A program made the translations under genes and the position numbers. From a virus (lineage: Duplodnaviria > Caudoviricetes), in the IMG/VR virus record IMGVR_UViG_3300037424_000648, positions 1 through 26,097 of that record: 26,097 nt of DNA; one strand, 5' to 3'. Positions 15,327 through 23,700 of this stretch are shown here, in pieces; position 1 is the first letter of the stretch; every line of letters starts with the position of its first letter. A model generated the notes under the pieces. The model did no database searches. It worked only from the letters and a program-made list of their open reading frames with translations, and was not told the DNA's origin.

Positions 15327-16600
15327 GATCCCATCGCGCGACCCACAATCTGATCGCCGTGAGTGCCAACGCGGCCGAGACGGCCATCAACACCGAACAG
15401 ACCCTGGACACCAGCATGCTGGTGGACATGGGCGACATCATCCAGCGCCAGCCGCGCCGCGAGGATAACGCCAGCGAGCTCAACGGCAAGGAAGAGGCCG
15501 ACGCCATCTACGACCTGGGGCACACCGTGCAGGCCAATTTCACATTTAACAAGGCGCAGCCGCAGCACTTCGCATTCATCCTGGCCTACGCCCTGGGGGA
15601 CGTGGCCACGGCGGCGGCCGGCGACGGCTACCTGCACACGATCACGCCCGCGCTGGACGATCTGGACGCGGCGCGGAGCAACCCCAGCTTCACCGCGGCC
15701 CAGCGTTTCGGGCTGACCGTGCTCAAGCAGCGCTTTGCCTCGCTGTTCATGGATTCGTTCACGGCCACCTTCGCCAAGGATGACTGGCTCAAAATTGTGG
15801 GCCAGGCCCTGGGCACGGGCAAGATCACCAAAAACGTGGTCGAGGAAACCATCAGCGCGGCCGAGACCGTCACCCAACTGACCCTGGCGGCCAACGCCGT
15901 GGAGGGATCCACAGCCCAGGCGCGGCTGGACAACGTCCAGCGCATCCGCGTGGAGCTGGCCGCGGGGGTCTGGACCGAGGTGGCCTACACGGCCGTGTCG
16001 GCGGCCACGCCGGCGGTGATCACCATCGTGGCCCCGGGCGAGGCGGCCACCGTGCGCAGCTACAAGGTGCTCTACGTGGCCGCCGAAAGCGGCTGGATGA
16101 CATTCCCGGCGCGGGTTTCCGAGACGCCTATGCGCATTTCTCAGCTCAACTGCGTGCTGGGCGGCTCCTGGACCGGATCGGCCTTTGCCGGAGGGCGCAC
16201 GCTCAACGCCGATATCCGCACCATCACCTGGAACTTTCTCAACAACGGTGCCGTGGAGTTCATCCCGGGGGCCGACGGGGCCTATGCCGCGCGCTATTTC
16301 CGCGACAGCCGTACCCAGACCATCGCCCTGGACCGCGAGTTCAAAGATTATATCCTGCAGAATCATATCGACGCCAACGACACCTTCGGCCTGCACCTGG
16401 TGGCCACGGGGGCCGTGTTCGACGACCCGCATGCCTACAAGTTGGAACTGATTTTTCCGAAATTGGGCGTGGTCACGGCGCCGATCAGCGTGGACGGCAA
16501 GCGCCTGGCCGAAGCCGGCGACCTGCGCGTGATGGAAGATGATACCTACGGCAGCGTGATCGCCAGAATAACCAATCTGCAGGCCACCTACGCGGCCTGA
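15323..16600 (+). CDS. Major tail tube protein
   Basis: 425 aa upstream of chaperones and tape measure; YLHTITP, PSFTAAQR, KLELIFPK tube-like motifs. Confidence 0.75.
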   Translation: MRSHRATHNLIAVSANAAETAINTEQTLDTSMLVDMGDIIQRQPRREDNASELNGKEEADAIYDLGHTVQANFTFNKAQPQHFAFILAYALGDVATAAAGDGYLHTITPALDDLDAARSNPSFTAAQRFGLTVLKQRFASLFMDSFTATFAKDDWLKIVGQALGTGKITKNVVEETISAAETVTQLTLAANAVEGSTAQARLDNVQRIRVELAAGVWTEVAYTAVSAATPAVITIVAPGEAATVRSYKVLYVAAESGWMTFPARVSETPMRISQLNCVLGGSWTGSAFAGGRTLNADIRTITWNFLNNGAVEFIPGADGAYAARYFRDSRTQTIALDREFKDYILQNHIDANDTFGLHLVATGAVFDDPHAYKLELIFPKLGVVTAPISVDGKRLAEAGDLRVMEDDTYGSVIARITNLQATYAA

Positions 16601-16625
16601 CCCTGACCGAGAGAGAGGAACACCC

Positions 16626-17048
16626 ATGCCCAGACTGCTCAGCAGCGCCAACCACACCCTGCGCATCCACGACAACCTGTCCGGATCGGATATCGAGCTG
16701 TACTACCGCTCGCCGACCACGGCCGAGCACACGGCCTACCAGAACGCCTGTGTCGTGCGTAAAGGTAAAAAAGTTTTGACGCGCTACCCCGAGGCGCGCC
16801 TCAAGCACGGGCTGGCGATCCTGACCGGTTTCCGGGCCGGTGATTTCGCGGTGCCCGGGCAGGACGGCCGGGCGCGGGCGATCGCCTCGAATCCGGGCCA
16901 TGCCGATTTCGATCCCGACTGGCGCGCGCAGCTGGAAAAGTACGCCGGCGACCTGATCCAACTGCTGGCGGCGCATGTGTTCGACGCCCCGGCCGAGGTG
17001 GACCTGGACGATGCCGAGCCGGACGGAGAGGCCATCGAACCGGACTGA
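16626..17048 (+). CDS. Tail assembly chaperone (lambda G analogue)
   Basis: GAGGA RBS; between tube and tape measure; acidic C-terminus. Confidence 0.7.
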   Translation: MPRLLSSANHTLRIHDNLSGSDIELYYRSPTTAEHTAYQNACVVRKGKKVLTRYPEARLKHGLAILTGFRAGDFAVPGQDGRARAIASNPGHADFDPDWRAQLEKYAGDLIQLLAAHVFDAPAEVDLDDAEPDGEAIEPD

Positions 17049-17065
17049 CGGCCGACCTTGCGGCC

Positions 17066-17350
17066 ATGACCGCCGGCCTGTGCGGGCCACGGGAGGAAGC
17101 CGGATGCCGCGAGGAGATGGACGCCGGCGAGCTGGAATGGGCTTGCGAAAACTGCCCCAAAACGCGGATCGAGGAGCTGCACCCCTACACGGGTAAACTG
17201 ATCCGGATTCACAACCTGCAGACCGCCGGCTACCCGCTGGCGGCCGACGATCTGACCCTGGACGAATGGATTGATTTAGGAAGGCTCAAAGAGTGTCTAA
17301 CACGGCCACCATCAAAATCAGCATCGACGTCGACGGCAAAACCGGCGTAG
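17066..17350 (+). CDS. Second tail chaperone segment (lambda T analogue), Cys-containing
   Basis: In the -1 frame of the upstream chaperone, no clear RBS; WACENCP and AGYPL..DDLTLDEW.DLG; overlaps tape measure start. Confidence 0.6.
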   Translation: MTAGLCGPREEAGCREEMDAGELEWACENCPKTRIEELHPYTGKLIRIHNLQTAGYPLAADDLTLDEWIDLGRLKECLTRPPSKSASTSTAKPA

Positions 17351-19329
17351 CCACCATCCGCCAGGTGGGCCAGGAATCGAAAAAAGCCGGCGAGACGGGC
17401 GAAAAGGCGTTTAAATCGAGCGCCAAATCGCTGGGGGATTTCAACGCCGTGGCCGCGCGCACCAAACTGCTGGTGGGTGGCCTGGCGGTGGCCTTCGCCG
17501 GCCTGTCGACAGCCGCGGTGCTGGCCATCCGCAAAAGCATCGACGCGGCCAGCGATTTGCAGGAAGTCGTGGGCAAGTTCAACGTCGTTTTCGGCAGGCA
17601 AACCACCCTCGCCAGCAAGTGGGCCGATCAGCTGGTGGATGCGTATGCCATGAGCACGCGCGAGGCCAAACAGTATCTCGCCTCGGTCCAGGATCTGCTG
17701 GTGCCGATGGGCGTGCAGGCCGAAACGGCGGCCGCGCTGTCCAACGAGATCGTCAAGCTGTCGGCCGACCTGGGCAGTTTCAACAACCTGCAGACCGCGC
17801 AGGTAATGGCCGACATCCAGAGCGCCCTGGTGGGCAACTATGAAACGATGAAAAAGTATGGCGTGGTGCTCAATGCCGCCAACGTCGAGCAATACGCCCT
17901 GACTGCCGGAATGGCGCGCAGCAAGGACGCCCTCACCTCGGCCCACAAGGCCCAGGCGGCCTATGAACTGATCGTCAAGAGTTCCCAGGCGGCCATCGGC
18001 GACATGGCCCGGACATCCGACGGGTACGCCAACCAACTAAAAAAACTGCAAGCCCAGCAGGAAGATCTCTCGGCTATGCTGGGCAACAAGTTCCTGCCCG
18101 TGGCCACGGAAATCGTCACCAAAACCAACGAGTGGATCAAGGCCAACAGCGGGCTGATCGACCAGAAGATGGACCAATACATCAACGCGACCGCCACGGC
18201 GCTGAAATCCGTCAAATCGGTCTACGACGCCCTGCCGGAGGGGATGATGACCGGCGCCGGCGGCGGGTTGGTGGGCTGGATCCTGTTCGGCAAGGCCGGC
18301 GGGGCCAAGCTGGCCCTGGCGCTGTACGGCATCAATGCGGGCATGTCCCAGCTGGGGTCCGGCCTGGGGGACCTGGTCAGCTCCTACCGCGAATCGGCCG
18401 TGGCGGTGGAGGAATTCTGGCAGGCGCTGATGGGCAATCGCAAAGGTTATGCCGCGGATATCCGCAACATGCAAGGGGCCGCCGCCCTCAGCCTGAAACA
18501 GCAGGATATTCCTCCTCTGGACTACATCACAATCACTCCTCTGGGCGGAGGAGGTGGAGGGAGTGCGGCCAAGACCAACCCAACCGAATTGGGTGCCGCC
18601 GGCGTCGAACGGGCCATGATCGCCCAAATGGAATATTCGCGGGCACTGGTGGATTCCATCCGTCTGCAAAACGCCCTGGCTGCGGCCATACAGGACACCT
18701 ACGACATCGACCGCGGCAGCGCGACCATCACCCAGGAGCTGGCCGAGATGGACGCCGAGTTCCAGTCCCTGGAGGAAAGCGCCAAGAAGACCGCCAACGT
18801 GCTCGAAGACGCCTTCACCGGCTGGGCGGCCAGCTATAGCCGCACGCTCAACGACATGCTCTGGGAGAGCAATCTGACGTTCGAGGGTATTCTGGAAAGT
18901 TTTGGGAGGATGCTGTCCCAGATGGTCATTCAGAAGGGCATGTCCGCGGCCGGCGGCTATCTGTCCGGTCTGCTGCCCAGCTACCACGGCAACGTCTTCG
19001 CCGGGCCGGGCATCGGCGCCTACGAGAACCAGATTGTCACCCGGCCGACCTTTTTCGCATTCGCCCGCGGCGGGGTCATGGGCGAGGGCGGGCGGCCCGA
19101 GGCGGTCATGCCGCTGACCCGGACACCCTCGGGCGATCTGGGAGTAAAGGCCCAGGCCGGGCCGGGCAAGATCGACGTCCGGCTGGTCAATCAATCCGGC
19201 ACGGAGCTGAAGGCCAGCCGGGCCGAGGCCTCTTTCGATGCCGGCAGCATGATCCTGCAGATCGTGCTCGACGGCGTGGCCCACAACAAGATGGGAGCCC
19301 GCGACATGTTCGCGGGGCTGAGATCATGA
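17293..19329 (+). CDS. Tape measure protein
   Basis: 678 aa, Ala-rich helical; IKISIDVD start, ADLGSFNN, MKKYGVVL; lambda H-like C-terminus FARGGVMGEGGRPEAVMPL. Confidence 0.92.
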   Translation: MSNTATIKISIDVDGKTGVATIRQVGQESKKAGETGEKAFKSSAKSLGDFNAVAARTKLLVGGLAVAFAGLSTAAVLAIRKSIDAASDLQEVVGKFNVVFGRQTTLASKWADQLVDAYAMSTREAKQYLASVQDLLVPMGVQAETAAALSNEIVKLSADLGSFNNLQTAQVMADIQSALVGNYETMKKYGVVLNAANVEQYALTAGMARSKDALTSAHKAQAAYELIVKSSQAAIGDMARTSDGYANQLKKLQAQQEDLSAMLGNKFLPVATEIVTKTNEWIKANSGLIDQKMDQYINATATALKSVKSVYDALPEGMMTGAGGGLVGWILFGKAGGAKLALALYGINAGMSQLGSGLGDLVSSYRESAVAVEEFWQALMGNRKGYAADIRNMQGAAALSLKQQDIPPLDYITITPLGGGGGGSAAKTNPTELGAAGVERAMIAQMEYSRALVDSIRLQNALAAAIQDTYDIDRGSATITQELAEMDAEFQSLEESAKKTANVLEDAFTGWAASYSRTLNDMLWESNLTFEGILESFGRMLSQMVIQKGMSAAGGYLSGLLPSYHGNVFAGPGIGAYENQIVTRPTFFAFARGGVMGEGGRPEAVMPLTRTPSGDLGVKAQAGPGKIDVRLVNQSGTELKASRAEASFDAGSMILQIVLDGVAHNKMGARDMFAGLRS

Positions 19330-19673
19330 GCGATTTCCCGGCCATCCAGACGCCTCCCGGCGAGCGTTTCTCCCAGCGGCGCTACCGGGCTCAGGTCCGC
19401 ACGCCCTTCGAGGGCGGAGCGGTGCAGTCCCGGCCGCAGCACACCCGCAGCCGGTACGTGTTCAGCCTGGGGTGGGAGCGCCTGCCGACCGCCGACCTGG
19501 CCCTGCTGGAGGCGCATTTCGACGCCAACCAGGGGGGAACATTTAACTATACCCATCCGGTCACGGCGGCCGTCCACGTGGTGCGCTACCAGGGCGACGA
19601 GCTGCCGGAGGCGGTTCCGCGCGCGGGCGGCAGATATTGGGAGCTGGACGGCCTGATCCTGGAGGAGAAATAG
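19326..19673 (+). CDS. Distal tail protein (lambda M-like)
   Basis: 115 aa after TMP; RTPFEGG.VQ.R, FSLGW, GGTFNYTHP. Confidence 0.75.
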   Translation: MSDFPAIQTPPGERFSQRRYRAQVRTPFEGGAVQSRPQHTRSRYVFSLGWERLPTADLALLEAHFDANQGGTFNYTHPVTAAVHVVRYQGDELPEAVPRAGGRYWELDGLILEEK

Positions 19674-20360
19674 ATGCCCATCGACATCTCCGCCGCAGCG
19701 ATCATCGAGAAAAACCGCCTGTCGTCATCTGGCGTCTGGCTGCCGCTGCTGGAGATCACCCTGGCCGGTACCGGCGAGGAGATCGACCTGTGCCGCAACA
19801 CCGATGATGTCTCCTGGCCCCTGACCGCCGGCGGCGAGGTCATCCCCGGCGTGACCAAAGTCTACACGGCGTTTCCGCTGGAGATCGACGAGGTCAGCGA
19901 ATCGTCGGACGGAGAGGTGCCGCGCCTGGCGGTGCGGGTCTCCAACGTCTCGGGCGTGATGTGGCAACCGGTGGACCGCAGCGGCGGCTTCCGCAACGCG
20001 TTGGTCCGGATCATGTTCGTGCACTCCGCCCACCTGGACAACGCCACGCCCGAGATCGACCTCTCCATGCGCTGTGCCCGCCCGGACATCAGCAACCAAT
20101 GGGCGACGTTTTTTCTGAGCACCCGCAACCGCTACAACAAATCGTTCCCCAAGGGGCGCATGATGGGCACCTTCTGCCGCTATCCGGATTTCGGCGGCGA
20201 CCGCTGCGGGTTCAACCTGGCGGCACCCGGCTATGACGGCCTGGGCTGCGACCGCTCCAAATCGCGCTGCAAGGCGTTGCGCATCCAGGAGGGCGACGTG
20301 TCCAGGCTGGCCCGCTTCGGCGGCACGCCCGGCGTGGGGGAGAGCGCCCGCTATGATTGA
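19674..20360 (+). CDS. Tail tip protein (lambda L-like)
   Basis: YTAFPLEI, GEVPRL.VRVSNV, four C-terminal Cys (CRY...CG...CDRS..RC) and RFGG.PG. Confidence 0.8.
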   Translation: MPIDISAAAIIEKNRLSSSGVWLPLLEITLAGTGEEIDLCRNTDDVSWPLTAGGEVIPGVTKVYTAFPLEIDEVSESSDGEVPRLAVRVSNVSGVMWQPVDRSGGFRNALVRIMFVHSAHLDNATPEIDLSMRCARPDISNQWATFFLSTRNRYNKSFPKGRMMGTFCRYPDFGGDRCGFNLAAPGYDGLGCDRSKSRCKALRIQEGDVSRLARFGGTPGVGESARYD

Positions 20361-20745
20361 TTTCGGCGACCTGATCGGGATCCCGTTCAAAAACGGCGGC
20401 CGGGATTTCAATGGCTGCGACTGCCTGGGCCTGACCATGCTGGCCTTCCGTCTGGAAGGGGTCGTGTTGCCGGACTACGCCATCTCCTGCCTGGACGTCG
20501 CCGCCATCGACAGCCAGATCGACCGCTCCCGGCCGCAGTGGCGCCGGATCGACCGCCCGCGGATACCCTGCATCGTGGTCATGCGCATGGACCCCGACGC
20601 TCCCGATATGTGCAGCCACCTGGGGGTCTACATCGGCGCCAACCGCATCCTGCACACCATCCCGCGCCACAATTCCAGCACCATCCGGCTGGATCACCCC
20701 CTGCTGCAGGGCAAGATCGAGGGGTTTTATGAATACACCGGATAA
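20353..20745 (+). CDS. NlpC/P60 tail tip assembly protein (lambda K-like)
   Basis: LIGIPF..GGRD..GCDCLGL, HLGVYIG..RILH; start placed at ATG 20353. Confidence 0.9.
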   Translation: MIDFGDLIGIPFKNGGRDFNGCDCLGLTMLAFRLEGVVLPDYAISCLDVAAIDSQIDRSRPQWRRIDRPRIPCIVVMRMDPDAPDMCSHLGVYIGANRILHTIPRHNSSTIRLDHPLLQGKIEGFYEYTG

Positions 20746-23700
20746 AGTCTGGATCACGGCCATCAAGAACCCGTTCGATCCACACAATTCGCGGGTCCAG
20801 GAGTGGATCGAGCCGGTCGACGGGCTTACGGCCCATGATTGCATCCGCCATTTCTATCCCCTGATCGGCGACGGTTTCCAGGCCGCCGTGGCGGTCAACG
20901 GCCGCATGATCCCGGATGAGCAGATCCCGGTCCATCGGATCGGCGCCGGGGACAACGTGGTTTTCACGGCCGTGCCCCAGGGTGATGGGCGCGACATTCT
21001 GCGCACGGTGATGCTGATCGCGGTCATGGTGGTGGCCGCCTATGTCTCCGGCCCGGCCGGAGCGGCCTATTTCGGGGCGCAGGCTACGGCCAGCCTCGCC
21101 GGCGCAGCCATCGCCGTCGGCGGGGCAATGCTGGTCAACGCGGTCCTGCCGCCCCAGACGCCCGACATGGCCGGCATCGGGTCCGACCTGGGGTCGCTGT
21201 CGCCGACCTACTCCTGGACGGCCGCGCCCAACGTCTACCAGGAGGGCAGCCGCTGGCCGGTGCTCTACGGCACACGCCGGATCACGCCTCCGGTCCTGGA
21301 GCGCCACATCTCCCAGTACGGCACGGAGGCCGACGACTACGAGATCAAGCAGTACCTGCACATGCTGCTGGCCGTGGCCGACCATGCGGTGGATTCGATC
21401 ACCGACGTGCGCATCAACGGTTCGCCGATCGAAAATTTCCCGGGGGCCAGCTACCAGACGCGCCTGGGCACCCTGGACCAGGCCCTGATCAGCGGCGATT
21501 TTTACTGGATCCGCTCCCAGACATCCATCGGCTCCAAAATCCCGCTGGACGGCGAATACACCCGCACCACCACCGGCGACGCCGTCACGGCCCTGGAGCT
21601 GGGGCTGATCATCCCCAACGGCCTCTATTTCGTGCAGGAAGACGGCTCGATGGGCTGGGCGCGCTACCGCTGGCAGACGTGGTACCGGCTCAACGGCGCA
21701 GCGGAGTGGACCTACTGGAACACGATCACCCTGCAAAAGCGCACCCGCAGCGCCGTGCGGGCCTACGCCATCAAAACCGATTTGCCGCCCGGGCGCTACG
21801 ATATCAAGGTCACGGCCTACGATTACCGCGTGGCCAGCACCAGCACGCCCTATTACGATGTGGAGGGCTGGAAAAAACAGGAGCCCAGCGGGTTCGAGGT
21901 CCAGACAGTCAACCAGGACCGTTACTCCGACAACGGATCGTATGTGGAGTACGTGGGCGAGATCATCCAAGAGGCCTACACCTACCCCGGGGCGGCCCTG
22001 CTGGCCATCAAGGCCCCGGCCACGGGAGAACTGAGCGGCGGCCCGCCGGTGGTGACTTGCCTGGCCACGCGCAGCACGATCGACACGGTTGATGGGGCCA
22101 AGCCTGCCAGCAACCCGGCCTGGCAGGCCTACGACATGCACTGCAACCGCGAGTACGGCGAGCGCATCGCCGAGAGCGAATTCATCATCGACGACTTCGC
22201 GCAGTGGGCCAGCCATTGCACGGCCAACGGCTATGTGTCGAACCTGTACATCGACAGCCTGATGACCCTGACCGACGCCGTCAAGAACGCCGAGCTGGTC
22301 GGCCGCGGCCGGGTGGTCGAGCGCGGTACGAAATACAGCTGCGTGGTCGATAAGGCCACCGATCCGTCGCAGCTTTTCGGCCTCGGCAACATCATCGAAA
22401 ACAGTTTCAACCTCTCCTACGTGCCCCTCGAAGAGCAGGCCAACGTGGTCCAGGTGACCTACTGGGACGCCGACAACGACTATATCCGGCTGATCGCCCA
22501 GGCGGTGTCGCCGGCCTTCAACCCGGCCACCGACGAGGCCGTCATCGCCCAGGTGGTGCTCTACGGCTGCACCTCGGCCACCCAGGCCCTCAAGTACGCC
22601 AAATACCTGCTCAACGGCAACAGCCTGCTGGTCCGGAGCGTGCGGTTCGACGCCGCGGCCGATGCCATCGCCTGCGCCGCCGGGGACGTGATCATCGTGG
22701 CCCACGACGCCGTCGACTGGGGCGAGTCCGGTCGGGTGGTGGCGGCCGCGGCCGGGACGGTCGCCCTGGACCGGGATGTCACCCTGCTGGCCGGCACGTC
22801 CTACAAAGCCCTGGTACGGCACCGCACGACCGACACATTGGAAGAAGTGGCCCTGGCGGCGGTGTTGGAGGATACCACGGGCCCCGCGGTGGCCCTGACC
22901 GGCACCTGGTCGGTCATCCCCGACGCCGACGCCGTCATCACCATCGGCACGGCCGAGAAGGTCCGGCAGCAATACCGCATTGTTTCCATCACCAGATCGA
23001 CCGAGCTGGTGCGTCGCATCACGGCCCTGGAATACAACGCCGCTGTCTACGACGATACGATCGAGGCCGAACCCTACGTGCCCATTACCAACCCCGACCC
23101 GGTGCAGGGCCTGGCCGCGCGCGAGATCCGCGACATCGTCGCCGGGCAATACCGCATCGGCGTCAGCCTGACCTGGCATGGCCCGGCCTGGAACTGGGAC
23201 GTCTATTACCGGGTGGCGGGCGCCACGGCCTGGCAGTACCACGGAGCCACGGCCGAGGCGGCCTATATCATCGACAACCTCCTGGCCAACACGGCCTATG
23301 ATTTCGCGGTGACCATCCCCGGCAAGGGGCCGTCCTACGGGCAGGTGCTAAGCGGATTTATCATCGAAGGCTGGGCCAACATCAGCCTGCCGGTGTGGCG
23401 CGTGACGGGGCTGGAGATCAAAGAGAGCGGCAACGGGTCGGTGTGGTACGGCCGGGATCTATCCCTGGCCTGGCACGTCACGGCCGAATTCTGGCCGGAG
23501 ACGGCCGACGGCGAGGCCGGCGGAGCGGGCACCTTCTCCACGGCCGAGGCATCACTGGTCTACCGCGTGCGCGTGAACAATCCTGGCGGCAGCCTGCGCC
23601 GCGAAGTCGTCGTCAAGGAGGCCGCCTACACCTACGCCTGGGAGGACAACTACCAGGACGGCAACGGTACGCCGTCGGCGACCCTGAGCGTATCGGTCTG

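Noticed and set aside
16934-16940. GGAAAAG as the chaperone frameshift site
   Set aside because: Not X XXY YYZ in the reading frame, and a shift here gives about 35 residues of off-frame-looking R/G/P sequence
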